Positions 1 to 13,175 are shown, numbered from the stretch's first letter. The stretch: 64,000 bases of DNA from Psammoneis japonica (GCA_008632985.1 QPGO01000127.1:1-64000), one strand, 5' to 3'. Translations and numbers: made by a program. The notes: generated by a model from the letters alone, not told the origin.

Positions 1-1225
1 GAAGTGCCAGCGGCACTCCCACGAGTCAATGTCACCACAGCATTGCACAGATGCAATCAACATTGAGGGGACAAAGGATGAGTGCAAGCAAAACTTGCAC
101 TCTCATCTCATCAACATTCAGCACAACATTGATGAAAGAAAGGAATGAGCTTGCTGTGGCTCGGATGGCATTCACAGACTCACACACTGCTTCTATGATG
201 TGGCTGGCATCATTGAAGCAGATCACGAAAAAAAAACCCCACTCCTGCAGAGGGGAGGCACAGACCACTGTCTCTCATTGGTCTCCGATCTGCGCTTGAA
301 AATGGGAGTGGATGTGTCCATTGAAGATGAGGTGTTTGAAATTGTCAAATGAGTGGCACAATCTGGTGATGTCTTGCTGGCACATCCAGACTTTGACAAA
401 CCATGTGAGATGCCTCTAAATGTCAACTGGGGGCAGTGGCATCCCAGGACATTGAGCCAGGCTTGCAGCTGTCAAAACATGGAAAGAACTCCAATTGGCT
501 CTTCTTGGTCAAAACATGGTCATGCGTGCTGGTCACAAAAATCTTGCTTGCAGTGAGGTCAGCATGCAAAGAGTGTGGTCCTGAGTTGTGGCATGTCAGC
601 CAAAGGACAAAAGACAACCTGGTCACTGGTGGTGCACTGAGTCACCTTTGGCTTGCACCCAGCTTGCACTCCAAGAGAAATCCAGAAGAGCTGTTGTGAG
701 ACACCAGATTGTTGCCCAGCACACGGAGCATTTGCTGCAGAAGCTGCCCAAGCAGCATTGTGCCTGGTTGGCTTCAGGCACACCTGAGGAGAGCAGCAAC
801 AAGATGTGCACTTGCTGATGCAAGCTGAGGACTTGCCTGACTGCTCCATTCACATGTTTTGCAGGGGAGGGTCATCACAACAGCTGATGTGCCACAAGGA
901 CAAAATCACCATGCCACAGTGAGGCCACAGGTTCCTCTGACTAAATTGTGCCACAAGCAGCTTTGGCATTCAGGTGAGGCACACACAGAAGAAATGCCCA
1001 TTGCCCCCAGCACTTCCATTGACCCAGTGCAAGGTCTGCAGGGCACTCTGCATGTGTCAGATGTGAGCAACATGTCAGAAGACAAAAGGCAGGACACACA
1101 GCATTGTGGAAGGTTGCAAGAAAAGGTTGCAGAGACAGTTCCCTGGGAGACCAAAGGCAGGACACAGCATTGTGGAAAGTTGCAAGAAAAGGTTGCAGAG
1201 ACAGTTCCTTGGGAGACTCCATGAG
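1..1225 (+). mobile_element. Ty3/Gypsy LTR-retrotransposon pol remnant (RT-RNaseH junction, integrase zinc-binding region), TpA-eroded
   Basis: Motifs VLLAHPDFDKP (cf. LAYPDFxKPF), LCHKQLWHSGEAHTEE (cf. WYHxxLxHPGxxRT) and HCGKLQEKVAETVPWE (cf. YGKLPxKxAExxPW), with Tyr replaced by His/Cys; broken frames. Confidence 0.65.
1086..1219 (+). repeat. Tandem duplication of ~67 bp within the integrase remnant
   Basis: aaaggcaggacacagcattgtggaa.gttgcaagaaaaggttgcagagacagttcc.tgggagac occurs twice head to tail. Confidence 0.9.
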
Positions 1226-1240
1226 CAGATGTGACCATTT

Positions 1241-1691
1241 GCAATGTGCAGCTGCCAATGAGAGTCAATGCATCACGGCAACGTGTTGCAGCCTTTAAAT
1301 GTCACAAAGGGCGTGACAAAAATGACCTTTTGTCTGCATGCACACTGCATTGTGAATTCACAGCGGAGTGATTCATCGCAACCATTGGGCAGGAGGCCAG
1401 GGGTTCGAAACCCTGAGTGGGAGTTGTCTGCAGCAATGTTGATCACTGTCGAACGCGTAAAACTCTGTGCAGTTCTGTGTGTTCCTTCGTGCGTGCCCAC
1501 ACTGTTCCACCAAAACCGTGCAGTGTCAGCACACGTCAGCAAAGAGCCGCATGGATGCGTGATGCATGGGGAGGAGTGCAATGTGCAGCTGCTGATGAGA
1601 GCCAATGTGTCACGGCGACGTGTTGCAGCCTTTAAATGTCACAAAGGGCATGACAAAAATGACCTTTTGTCTGCATGCACACTGCACATTG
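1241..1691 (+). repeat. Direct repeat of ~110 bp (1241-1352 and 1578-1691), possibly LTR fragments
   Basis: gcaatgtgcagctgc...gcagcctttaaatgtcacaaaggg..tgacaaaaatgaccttttgtctgcatgcacactgca present twice. Confidence 0.85.
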
Positions 1692-3080
1692 TTTTTGGAG
1701 CACTTCAACTCTGCCAGCCCATCTTCTGTTTTGTGCTGCTGCAACATGCCGCACATTGGCATTTAGAGTCCAGCACTCGGCTTGTGACACGGATCATCTG
1801 TTGCCACCTCATGAAGCTCATTCTTTGTTTCTGCTGCCTGCTGCTCTTGACAGGTCAACTGCCAAAGGCTTTGCCACTTCTGGCAGAGTGCTCTTGAGTG
1901 TGTGTTCTGACAATGAGATGAGGAGATGGACCTGCATCCTGCCAATGCTCCCAGAGAACACACAGAGAACACACAGCCCCCTGTTAACTTTGCAATGCAT
2001 TTGCAGACTGTGAGAACAACCCAGTTTCTGAAAAAAGCTTGAGAGTCAAAGCTGATGTAGATCCTTTGGCCATTGAAACCCAACCCCGTTTGATGAAGAA
2101 CATCCCCATCATCCACTCAGAGCTCTCATCATTCTGGGGGACGTTTCTGGACAGCTGCTGTTTGGAACAAATTCTGCCCATCTGTGTGTGCGTGTGGCAT
2201 TTGGCAGTGCAATGAGTCTGTCCAGCACTCACATGATTTTTCCAAAAACCCCAATTGTGCTGATTGACAGACTGCTCCGGCACAAAAAATCCTGTCCAGG
2301 TCTGCACAACATCGCGCATGCTCAGTGCAGGATTGTTCAAACAGCTGTCCAGGACAGCTGACGAAAATGTCACCAACACAGAAAAACTGTGACATTTTGC
2401 ATGCAAATGGGACAATTTTGTACAATCTAAAACCCAACTAATTTGCAAAATTGATCCGTGAAATGAAGAGCACATGCAGGCAGTGCACCTGCTCACGGTT
2501 GAACAGTGTGCAAATCCTGAGCCATGCATTGGAGCAGTTGTCAATCATCCAGTGTCCAACTGGCTCAAAGCTTGGACCCATTTCAAGCTCTGCTTGGAAT
2601 GGAGTGTCAGCAAGAGCTGCATCTTGCCTCGCCCAATGATCTGTCAGACAACAACATGCAACCAAAGCTGTCAACAAGCATGCTGTGGCAAAATTGAAGG
2701 GTTGTTCATCGTCTGATGCTTCTTCTCCAACACCCAAATCTGCCAGGTCAGCCATGCTCATGATTGATGATGAGAAGAAAAATGGCAAGAAATGCCATCC
2801 AATGAATGACTCCTTTCAAGGATGTGGACCAAAGCAAATGGTGAGTGTGCAACAAAGACTGACCGCCAGCAGGAAGTGCATGATTTCTGCACTGGTGAGG
2901 AGTGTGCCTCATTGCAGCATGGGGGCAATGTCCGTTGTGGCAGCAAGGAGCCCTTGGCATTTCTGCTGCAGTTGTTTTGTTCTTTCCTCACTTTGTGCTT
3001 GCTGGCTTTGATTCAAACTCAAAACGCGAAGCCGCTTCGAACAACCAACCCATGCAACATGGTTGCTGCTTTGAGCTTGC

Positions 3081-3322
3081 CATCTTGCAAAAGAACTCTG
3101 GAAATCAAATTTGCTTGGAAGGAGCACCAGGGCCTCAGCAGAAATGCCAAAAATGACAAAAAAGTCCAGAACATGATCCAGAAGCTGCGCAGAATTCATC
3201 GTAGAATCAGCGTCAGGGATGTCAAAAAATCACAAAATTCTGGACTCATTTGGCATTTTTGCTGGGGCCCTTGCACACTCCTTCTGCACAAGTTTGGTTT
3301 TCCGGTGTTCTTTTGCGGGGTG
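3081..3322. mobile_element. Short non-autonomous TIR element (MITE family 2), eroded copy
   Basis: Imperfect ~33 bp terminal inverted repeats (catcttgcaaaagaactctggaaatcaaatttg / caagtttggttttccggtgttcttttgcggggtg); a related copy lies at 47799-48024. Confidence 0.7.
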
Positions 3323-3689
3323 TGATGTGGCAGCTTGCGACTTCACTTGAAGAGATGATGACATGCACCAGCACACTCCGATCACGCACGATCACAAGTC
3401 CTGTGGTGCACTTGGCCGACACTCCAACAATTGATTGCACATGGAGTGCTGTGCATGAAAATGAGAAAGTGGACATTGTGTGGTTTTAATGCAGCGGTGC
3501 AAGCAAGGGGCAGTTGTTGCACAGTTTTTTGCAGCTGTGCACGTGAGAGATTTGAGTTCATTCTGGCACAGTGATCCGTGTGTTGCCAGGTTTTTGTTGT
3601 CTTCTTGGCATGGCATCGGTGGTTTCTGTGAGCAGCAGGTTGGCGGGCTTTCTGCATGAGCAATCTGGCCCCAGCGCGGTTCTCTGATG

Positions 3690-5250
3690 CTTGCACAGAG
3701 ATGGACCAGCACCATCCTCCCATTGAGGACGTCTGGAGCTGATCTGGGATGAAGGGATGCATGATCCCCTGAGGCAACGGTGAGTTCCCCACACCAAAGT
3801 GATGCTCATTCTTGCGTTGACACAGCTGCGTGCCTCTGAATGTGGCTTTTGCCATTTCTCAGCTGTGTGCAGTTTGGCAGAGATTCTGCATGGTGCCACC
3901 TTGGCTTCCTTGCCAAACAGTCCATCGCATGATGCGACAAAGGGAGCAAAGTGGCGACGTTGTTCAAGGCAGGGCTTGAGGTGCTTGCACTTTTTCTCTT
4001 GTTCGTGTTGTTCAAGAACTTCTTCTGGTGTCTTGGACAGGAGTGATTTTGCATCCGTGTCTGGAGTGCAAGCATCCATGATGGCATCTGCCCCTTTGTC
4101 CCAAAATCCTTTGAACAAAAGACAAAAGATCTCCACAGTTGCCATCCTTGGACATGTTGGAGTTTGTGTTGCTTTGTGAGTTGTTGGAGGTGCCTGGGCT
4201 TCCTGAGATGTGACCAACAGGGTCAACGAGGGGTTCGTCACGTGCACAGGAAGGCTTGAAGGCCACTGCAATTAGATCGCCAAGGTCTCACACACATCAT
4301 CATGTCATGAGATGACTGGACCACCCTTCTTGCACTGCAGAGGCATGGTTGATGGAGAATTTGCAGCTGCATCCATTGCAGTGCTCAGGATGGGTTCCAG
4401 TCCTGGGCAGGACTTTTTGTGACATTGGGCCTGCAGAAGTCTGCGTGCGAGCTCCGAAGCAAAATCATCAAGCAATGAATGCATCAATGATTGCCAACAG
4501 AAAAAGAGGCAATTTTGCGAGTGCATCTCCTCCTCCACACTTGAAGTGCATTCTTTGCGGTGTGCCTGGTGTGTTCTTCAGACATTAAAGAGCATGCCCA
4601 GTGCATTTTCATTGGCACAAATGCAGACAACACAAAGCCTTTGGCTTCACAAAACAGGCAGTGTGGAACAATTTTTTGTGACAGAACAAATGCGAAACAT
4701 GCGACGGATGACAAAAAACAATTGTGTCTCAGTTCAGTGGTGCAAGGTTCCACCTGGAGCTGGAGCGCGTCTCAGGGAGGTTGGGGGGAGTGCTGCCACA
4801 TTGCAGGTGGAGTGCATCAAAAAACTCGAGACAAGAGAGTTCTTTTCTGTGCCACCCAGTGTCAATGGGTGCACCGACAGCCATGCTCCAGCATTGGTGC
4901 TGCGTTTGACAGCTCTGGCCTTGAGGTTGGTTAGAGTCCGGAGGATCGCGCATCTTGGTGGCTTTCCCATTGGCAACTTCTTCTTTCACTTTGTGCACAG
5001 TGTCCTTGTGACTGCTGAAGAGAAATCAGAGCGGCCTCGAAGTGAGTCCATCAGGTGAGAGCACGCAAGGGTGCTTGCTCTTCACAGTTTTGGGGTGCAG
5101 ACTCCGTTGGACAAGGGATGGACAGTCCTGCAAATTTGATTGGGAGGGCAGACAGGCCAATCTCGGATGTCATCAGCCAAGGTTTTGTGTCATTTTGCAA
5201 GGGCTGAGATGAGCGCGCGGGGCTCAAGGAAGTGGCCAGTCCCACCTGCT
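3690..5250 (-). mobile_element. Non-LTR retrotransposon remnant with C-terminal restriction-like endonuclease (CRE/R2-type), interrupted by a MITE
   Basis: Motifs LPIKFAGLSIP, GAWLSVHP..GTELSCLEFFDAL, a Cys/His knuckle, and GFWDKG..D...DTDAKS..EQEKKCKHLKPCLEQRRHFAPFVASCDGLFGKEA..AEKWQKPHS..ARMSI..LRGS. Confidence 0.8.
4389..4771. mobile_element. MITE family 1, old TpA-eroded copy with 4-bp TSD TCAG
   Basis: Ends gatgggttccagtcctgggcaggac ... gttccacctggagctggagcgcgtc flanked by tcag on both sides; termini align with 45311-45700. Confidence 0.85.
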
Positions 5251-6014
5251 CGTGACTCAGTGCTTTGCTGCGGTGAAAATTGCGCAGGAGTTGTCGTTGG
5301 CAGCTCAGGTGTCATGCATGCATTGCATCTAATTTCATGTGCGGCTGCCAGCAGTTGGGCACATGCATCACACATGCACTGCCAGCAGTTGGGCACATGC
5401 ATCACTGTACCGTACATGCATTGCATCTTAGGTAATTTCATTCCATGTTCTTTAATTCATGAATGTACAACTTTGAGCGTTACATGCAGTTACTGTACTC
5501 CGCTGGACTTCGCCAAAATAACGCTAAGCACTACAGCATATTACGTACAAAGCCACGGCAAAGTAACTGCATGTAACGCTTGCAAGTTGTTTATTCATAT
5601 GTTAAAGAATGAGGAATGTTTATTAGGTGCAGCTTATATTGTTGTTAGCGGAAGTTATCTGACCGTTTTTGTCATCGTCGGATTCCTACGCAATTTTCAC
5701 CTTAGTAAAGTACTGAGTCACGAGTATGCGGGACTAAGCCCTTACATACACATATTTGTAGTACAAAACCCATTTACTATACGCCCATGAAGGGTTTTAC
5801 ACAGATTGTGAATTTTGAATCTGCGAACCACCAATCCGTTGCGTCCCCGCCCAGGACGTCGCCTCGCCAAAATGTACACTCAGTAAAGATTGATTCTGCC
5901 GGAAGCGAAAGAGCAACGAGAATGCTGAATGCTGGCTGAATGTAATGCTCAGATCTTCGAGCGACCTCTGCTACCGGCACGCATATTGTGGATATCTTCT
6001 CCTTTCTCCCAGCC

Positions 6015-7685
6015 ATGACGATGACACTCTTCCTGGCTGTTTTTCTTCTTCCGTTGGTGTCGTCGTGCATCACTCAGGAAGAAAAAGGCAGCTTGCTCGA
6101 CCTCAAAACTAGCACCTACGGCGTGCTCCCACCGTTGGGTCTACCAGGAATCCTGAGCGGCCAGTGTAATCCACTCGAGATCTGTGACTGGAAGAACACA
6201 GTCTTTGTCAATTGGGAAATCCGTTTAGAAAAGATTTCGTCGCTCGAAAACAAGCTCGGACTCGCAGAAGAAATGCACATTGCTTCGATCCCGATCATTC
6301 AAGGCGAGGAACCGAAACCTTACCTATCGTATGCCATGAAGAAAGTTGACATTCCAGGAGAGTCTAATGCCCAGGAGACCATTCAAGGTGACTGGCTGGT
6401 GTATGTAACAACGGATGATGACCCAGAACCGACTCTCATGGTGATTGAGAGCAATTATAACTTTGAGACGACCTCGCCGATGGGGAAGATTCCATCTTCT
6501 GACATTACATTCAAAGTCACTAGCGATGACATCACTGTCAACGTATCCAGCAAGGACACTCGCTTGGCTGTTTCTGTCACCAAGTCTACCACAACGAGCG
6601 CGAGTCTCGATGACATTTTCCTTGCTTCCTTCGACAAGCTGTATTGGCCAAACGGAGTTTATTCCATCCTTGCATCGAACGGGTCGCTTCTACTCGCCAA
6701 GGTGCAGGCTGAAGAAAAGGAACAGACACAAGGATGGACAGTTGAGCTTGGAAAAAGTCAATGGTCCCAGCACGTTGAGCCTGATCCTCAAAACGTAATG
6801 TACTTCACCCAGCCGATTGAACTGGGTGCGGAGGTATGGGTGAACATGGAAGATCTAGCCCGCTCGGAGCGGTGGCGTCTTTTGAAAGCCAGGAACGGGA
6901 TATACTGGCAGCGAACGTTGGACAAAACCTCCCTTATACAATCTTCTGAATGGCAACCTATTATTAACTTTCAAGTGTCACAGAATGTGCCAGCATACAA
7001 CATGAACTTTCGAATCAGAGAGGACAAGGTAGAAGAGCTTACAAAGTTTGTTTCTTTGCCTGATGACCTGGAGCTTGCCAAAATCCAGTTCCGAGAGAAT
7101 GGATCGGAACACTACATTCTGACACTAAACGTATACGAAGTAAATGGAATTGGCGGCTTAGTTTCTGGCTTTCGGCTAGAATGGAATACGTTTGTGAAGG
7201 AGTCTGGATCAGAACAGCCGCTATTCATAATTCTTGAGGCAAACTTCAGTGGGTCAACATTGGATCCCGTAAAGGGACTGCAGTTGGAGGGCGCAACAAG
7301 ATTTGACCTTGGGTTAATGGGAAGTAACGTCGTGACGGTGGTTGAACAGGATGATACTGAAGTAGATGTGTCATTTCCTTTGCCTTCGCCGTGCGAGCCA
7401 TATGAGCAAAGTGATAGCTGTGACTTACCTAGTCTCTCCTTTGTAGCATCCAATTCTCGGGTGTACTATGCAAATGGTGTCTATGACTTGGCACGCTGGG
7501 ATGGAAACACTTGGCGGGTGGAACCATTTGCAATAGTAGACCCGAAAACCGTCAAGCTAAATGTATTTGAGTCAGTTTGGAATCAGTTCATTGATCCAGA
7601 AGTCTATGAGGTTGTCGTCTGGATGGAACAACAGAAATATTTGATCACACCTTGGGCTAATGCAGAGGAAATCCCCGTGTGCTGA
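6015..7685 (+). CDS. Secreted protein with two internally repeated beta-rich domains (possibly acetoacetate-decarboxylase-like fold)
   Basis: Intact ORF with hydrophobic N-terminus and normal Tyr content; the two halves share motifs (W..YV/W..FV, Y..NGVY). The fold call is tentative. Confidence 0.7.
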   Translation: MTMTLFLAVFLLPLVSSCITQEEKGSLLDLKTSTYGVLPPLGLPGILSGQCNPLEICDWKNTVFVNWEIRLEKISSLENKLGLAEEMHIASIPIIQGEEPKPYLSYAMKKVDIPGESNAQETIQGDWLVYVTTDDDPEPTLMVIESNYNFETTSPMGKIPSSDITFKVTSDDITVNVSSKDTRLAVSVTKSTTTSASLDDIFLASFDKLYWPNGVYSILASNGSLLLAKVQAEEKEQTQGWTVELGKSQWSQHVEPDPQNVMYFTQPIELGAEVWVNMEDLARSERWRLLKARNGIYWQRTLDKTSLIQSSEWQPIINFQVSQNVPAYNMNFRIREDKVEELTKFVSLPDDLELAKIQFRENGSEHYILTLNVYEVNGIGGLVSGFRLEWNTFVKESGSEQPLFIILEANFSGSTLDPVKGLQLEGATRFDLGLMGSNVVTVVEQDDTEVDVSFPLPSPCEPYEQSDSCDLPSLSFVASNSRVYYANGVYDLARWDGNTWRVEPFAIVDPKTVKLNVFESVWNQFIDPEVYEVVVWMEQQKYLITPWANAEEIPVC

Positions 7686-7704
7686 TTGGTCGTATTCGAC
7701 AAAA

Positions 7705-7752
7705 TTCATTGTCGACCTTATAATACATTTCATTGTCGACCTTATAATACAT
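7705..7752 (+). repeat. 24-bp tandem repeat x2 downstream of the CDS
   Basis: ttcattgtcgaccttataatacat repeated twice. Confidence 0.9.
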
Positions 7753-8479
7753 GTTGTTGAATACGCCAACGGAACAGGAAAGTAGACTATGGGGGAAGTT
7801 ACATTAGGAAAGGAACGAAGAAGGCAAAAGACCACACAATTGCACTGGTGAAAGAGTGCTGCGAAACATTCATCAAGACTGGAGATTTGGAAAGGACAAG
7901 TGCGGCGTTGAAAGAAAAGTGTCGCGCCCTCATCCTCATTTTGATCCACCAATTTTGCAGAACAGGCTCCAGCTACAGAGTTCATGGCGACGCTGGTGTC
8001 ACATGCATTCACAAGGACAAGGGATGGTGTTGCCGTTCTTGGATCGAGAAAGAGACTTATGAAAAAGTTTGATGAACACGAGGGCTCGAGCATGACGTGA
8101 AACTGAAGAAACTTGGTTAAATTTATGCCAAAGAACATTTTAAACAACAGGAGCACAGCCCTTGAACGAACTTCGAAGAAATCGTTGAAGGCCCTCGTGA
8201 CAGTGATGATGTCATTACAAGGGCACATGAGGAATGAGCAAAATGAGATCTCCAGGGGGGAAATCATTTGCACCATGCTGTTGAAGAACTTCCAGTTGTG
8301 TGGTGGATGTGACTTTGCCAGAGCAATCATGGGTAAAACAGTGGAGGCTAACATCGCCATTGCACTCAAGATGGTCAAAGCACAAAGGACAAGTGATGAA
8401 GATGATCCTGCTGTTCTCTGCCATGTGGCTGGACCTGCACCAAGGACAACTGCAGAAATGTGGACTGTGAGTTGACTCT

Positions 8480-9750
8480 GACTTGCATGCACTGAACAAG
8501 TTGTGGCTGAGGAGGAATCTGTTGCAACAAGCCAAAAGTCAAACTGCTGATAGAGTGAGCCTGTCTTGCTTTTTAAGCATGTTGCCAACATGGTTTGTTG
8601 AGCTTGTGCCAGAAATTTGTTTTGTCAGCCTTGTGGCCACCACTCTTCCAGCCATCAACTTTTCACTCTCTTCTGTGTTGCCAATTTTTTTCTGCATGCT
8701 TCCACACACTGTTTCCTTGTTCATCATGAAAGTTGAGCAATGAAATTCACTCTTCTTTGATTCTGTCACTCATGTCAGTCAACCTGACACTGTGAACACC
8801 ACTCTCACGCATCACCATCTCAGGTGGCTTTTGGCTTTGCTGTCCGCCAACAGGCCACAGAATCAACTCTGGCCACTGCTTTTTTTAAGGCTGTCAATCT
8901 GACAAAGCAAGTGGAGTCGGTGGCAAGAAAACAACAACCCCTTGCTGCTGTCCAGATTTCAGATGAGTCTCTGTGCAGAGACCATCACAGGAGAGCTTGT
9001 GTGAATGCAAGTCACAACAGCCAGCACACTGATTGTGTTCTTGTGAGCCATGTGACTTGAGAGCAAAACTGCTTTGCACAAAAAATGGTGCATGGAACTG
9101 AGAGCACACATGTCATCTGCACGCAACAACTGAAATGCAGCACGCAACAAATCTTGTGCACAACCAAAAACTTGTCCAAATCCTGTCAACTGGCCCAGAT
9201 GAAAATGACAAAACTGCTGGAGAAACAGGCGTGTGTGTGCTCCCACTGCTGATTTTTCCAAGCAAGCTGTGTGGTGCCAAATGATGACTGTGTTCCTGCC
9301 CACTGCACTGTTGTGATCATTGCATGATCTTTGAAGAGACACCCTGCTGATGGCTCTGCCCTTGGCTTCAAGAAGAAACACACTGCAGGGTGCACACTGA
9401 CACAATGCATGTGCCTGCTTGTTTTGCAATTGTGTGTCAACAAAAAGTGGTTGCAAACTTTTCTGGCTCTGGCCACAGAGGTGTGCAATGGGGGGGGGGG
9501 GGTTGTTTTGTTTGTGCACTTGTTCAATCTGGGAGATTGGCAGCAGAGTTGGACATCAAACTGGGGGCAGTTGTTCCCATGTGGACAATGCGCCAGCTGG
9601 CATCTCTTTTGGACAGAGTTGGAGGATGTTTGTCACATGATGGTGAGATGTTTGGAAGAGGAAAAGGGCACAAAGCTGGCTGCACTGACATTGTCAAAAC
9701 CTGCAAGAAGACAGCCTTGAAAAAAGTCAAGAATGAAAGAGCCTGTGAGA
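8480..9750 (-). mobile_element. Degenerate transposase-like remnant, possibly MULE
   Basis: FCHFHLGQ resembles the MULE CxFH motif and TSSTNHV resembles TxNxxE; the region is TpA-eroded and fragmented. Confidence 0.3.
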
Positions 9751-10419
9751 GAAGTCAAAAAAGTGCGCGCCATTGACAGAGCTGCTCCAGGCCACAGACA
9801 GGCCTGCGACCCATCAAGTTGTTTGAGCTTTGTCAGTTTCAGTTGAACATTGCCCCATTCTTTTCAAAACAATGATGTTTGTGGGATCAATGTGTCAGTC
9901 AAAAAGAGGTGGGGCATCTTGTGCTGCTGCAAACAACATTTTTGGTTGGCGCACGTTGTTTTGCAAGAACAGAGGGAGAGTGGCAGGTGTGTTTTTTCAC
10001 CCCAGGTGGGAAAAACATGCAAACTGAGGTGGGACCTTGTGTCCAACTCCTGTGTGTGTGACAAAACCAGCATGGACTTCCCCCCATCATTTTGCTTTTT
10101 TTCAGACATCTGTTCTCATTTTCAAGTGCCAGCCACCAATTTTCTCACTTGTCAGTTGCACCCAATGTTAAATGGGGGGCCTTTGAAAAAGTCAGTGCAG
10201 TCCATTTTGATGCACAGTGTGGAAAGTTGTCACTGGGTGTGCCCACCGAGTCCAGGGCTCATTCAACGCCACCAAAGAAGGAGCCAGCAGCAACTCACAC
10301 CTGCATCAACTCAAGGGCACCCTGGTGCCAAACAGCGCCTGTGCTGTGCCCTGCAATTTTGGTTGCCTGTGTGCCCCTGCAGAGAAAAAAGAGTTGTTGG
10401 GTGTGCCATCGCACCTCTG

Positions 10420-10420
10420 G

Positions 10421-10457
<37 letters not shown>
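10420..10457. repeat. (GA)n microsatellite
   Basis: Direct reading of the sequence. Confidence 0.95.
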
Positions 10458-10785
10458 CAGCACACAGCACCGCCCGCCCATCCTCCTTTGCTCCACCCCT
10501 CTGTGCTCTGGTGCTTTGTTCAATGACATTTTGTGAGCTTTGATGGGCTTGTGAGTCCATCTGCCTCTCTATCATTCAATGAGCTGTCCACATCGAAGGT
10601 GCAATGCAAGTTCCCAATGCTCTGGACGTGCATGCAGGCTTCTCCAACTCCGTTTGACCGTGACACCCATGGCAATGTGGAACACTTCGATCACAATCAT
10701 TCAAATTTAGGGCTTTGTGCTTGATTGGGATGACTTTCTAAATAAAGAGTACCTCGCCAAAAAAGTCATTCACAACAATGCCACC

Positions 10786-12688
10786 ATGAAGAAGCAACAA
10801 CAACAAAAACGCCGTCGTCATTTGCGTCGTCGTGGTACAAGCCGCTTGTCTCGTGACAGTGCTTGGAATAAGTTGTTGAGAAGCATTAATTGGAATGCTA
10901 CGATCCTTACGCTCCTCGTAGTCTTGGTGACACTTGTTTTGTTTTGGGTTGTGATTGGCATTGCGTTCTTTCTCCAATCACCAACTACTTCTCCGAAAGG
11001 AACAAGGAAAAACGGGATCATTTTTCGAGGAGAAGAAAAGAATGGACTTACAAATCAATTACAAACAAATCATAAGCACCATATCATGAGAAATCGACTC
11101 GGTGGTGGTGGTGGTTTGCGAGAACCTCTGAAACTAAATGAGAAGAAGATCAAAAAATCGCCCAAACAACAGCAACAGCAACAGCATACGGTTGTAGTAG
11201 AAGAGAAGAAACCACCACTTTTATTTCCCCCAAAATTCCCCACTCAATCACGTTTTGATGACACTGTCAAGTTAAGTCAAGACGCACTCGACATGTGTCA
11301 CCGTACACTGTGGCATACACTGGAAACCACCACCATCGTCTTGCCCAATGACGAGACCTTTATTCATACCGGTGATATTGATGATTTGTGGTTGCGTGAT
11401 TCGGCCGCACAAATCCATCCATTGTTGGTTCCGTTGGAACAGCGTGATGGAACACACGCCAGTTTGGTCCAAGGCGATGCGCGGTTACAACGAGTGGTTT
11501 CGGGATTGATTCAACGCGTTGCATGGTATATTCGTCATGACCCGTATGCCAATGCGTTTCGTATTGATGATACGTACGTCTTTTCTCAAGAACAAAAGAA
11601 TATGGGACGACACGATTATATATCGACTTGGAATTATGAATTGGATTCGGCGTGTTATTATATGCGCATGGTGTATTATTTCTACAAGGCCATGCCACAT
11701 CATGGCATGTTTCAACAAGAACGTGTGTTTGAAGCAATTCAAATCATGGTGGATGTATGGATTGCCGAACAACATCACGAAGACGACGACAGCGTTGCCA
11801 GTGGTCCATTGTTGGATTGTCAAAATTGCAACAAACCGTATCGTTATCCCGGTTTATCCCGTAATGGCAAGGGTTCACCCACGGCCTATACCGGAATGAC
11901 GTGGTCGGGTTTTCGTCCCAGTGATGATGAATGCCAATACGGTTACTTGGTTCCGGCCAACATGTTTGCCGTGGTGGTATTACAGTACATGATGGAACTT
12001 ACTACAGAAATTTGGAGTGCCTTGTATCCAACGCAAGCACAAGAACTCCTTGCAAAAATGACCAAACTACAGAGCGAAATTCAATTGGGCATTGAAACGC
12101 ACGGTATTGTCACTCACGAAACGCACGGCAAGATTTATGCCTACGAAGTGGACGGTTTGGGCCATTCGCTTCTCATGGATGATGCCAATGTACCGAGTCT
12201 CATGTCGATTGCGTATTTGGGTTATGATTATGACGAGCAAGTGTACGAGGCACCAAGAGATTTATATTGTCCCCGACAATCCCACGTTTCACCATGGGAA
12301 CCAATCCAGACACGGAAAATCCATTGAAAGTTATGGATCGCCCCACATGGCAGCACGCATTCACAACAATGTCTGGCCCATGGCACTTGCCATGGAGGGA
12401 TTGGTCACGTCCGACAAGACCAAGAAACTCGAATTGATTGAAACATTGGTGGAAACAACGGGTGGGACGGGTTGGATGCACGAGTCGTTTGATGTGAACA
12501 ATCCCAAGCGCTTTACACGATCCTGGTTTTGTTGGGCCGATTCGCTCTTTGCCGAACTCGTCATGTCCGTCACGGACCAATGCCCAGATGCTGCCAAGCA
12601 TCAATACAAAATAATGTCTTGGCGTGATCCAAACCAAGTCGAGGGTGGGCCTTATGCGGCTGAAGGTGGAGTTGTACAACAGAGATAG
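10786..12688 (+). CDS. GH125 metal-independent exo-alpha-1,6-mannosidase-like protein, type II membrane; frameshift near 12250
   Basis: TGDIDDLWLRDS, HDPYANAF, YELDS, WSGFRPSDD, MDDANVPSL; C-terminal HESFD..FTRSWFCWADSLF lies in the 12092-12688 frame; N-terminal TM segment. Confidence 0.9.
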
Positions 12689-12797
12689 CAAATATAATGT
12701 GAAACAAGTATACTAAATGGTTTATGGAAATACAGACTCCTCTCCCAAAACTATAAATCCACCACTACTCATATTCGCAAAAGCATACTGTTCCTTC

Positions 12798-13175
12798 TTA
12801 ACGATCATTAATCGTCACATCCACTTCAACACCGGGTTCAATCGAAATGGACGTGATTTGCTTGACCACTTCGGACGGAGCATGCAAATCAATCAAACGC
12901 TTGTGAATGCGCATTTCAAAGCGATCCCACGTATTGGTACCTTCCCCGGATGGAGCCTTGCGGGTCGTGATGCGAAGCGTCTTGGTGGGGAGACGAACGG
13001 GACCGCTCACATGCAACTTTTTATCCAGCGCACCCTTTTTCAAGTCCGAACAGACCTTTTCGAGATTCTTGACATTGCGAGACGTCAACGTGATGCGAAT
13101 GCGGTGGACGACTTGCTGTTCTTCCGAACCGGCAGCGGCAAGATCCTTTTTGGGAGGGACGTAGGCAGATGACAT
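12798..13175 (-). CDS. RPS20: 40S ribosomal protein S20 (uS10)
   Basis: [69 protein letters not shown]. Confidence 0.97.
   Translation of the reverse strand: MSSAYVPPKKDLAAAGSEEQQVVHRIRITLTSRNVKNLEKVCSDLKKGALDKKLHVSGPVRLPTKTLRITTRKAPSGEGTNTWDRFEMRIHKRLIDLHAPSEVVKQITSISIEPGVEVDVTINDR

Noticed and set aside
1268..3325. Numerous 100-200 aa ORFs in all frames
   Set aside because: Cys/His-rich, Tyr-poor and without recognisable motifs; expected from loss of TAA/TAG stops.
1..5400. Classical fungal RIP or simple CpG methylation decay as the sole cause of the skew
   Set aside because: Both are C->T processes; RIP raises TpA and neither converts Tyr codons to Cys/His or TA to TG/CA as the paralogue alignments show.
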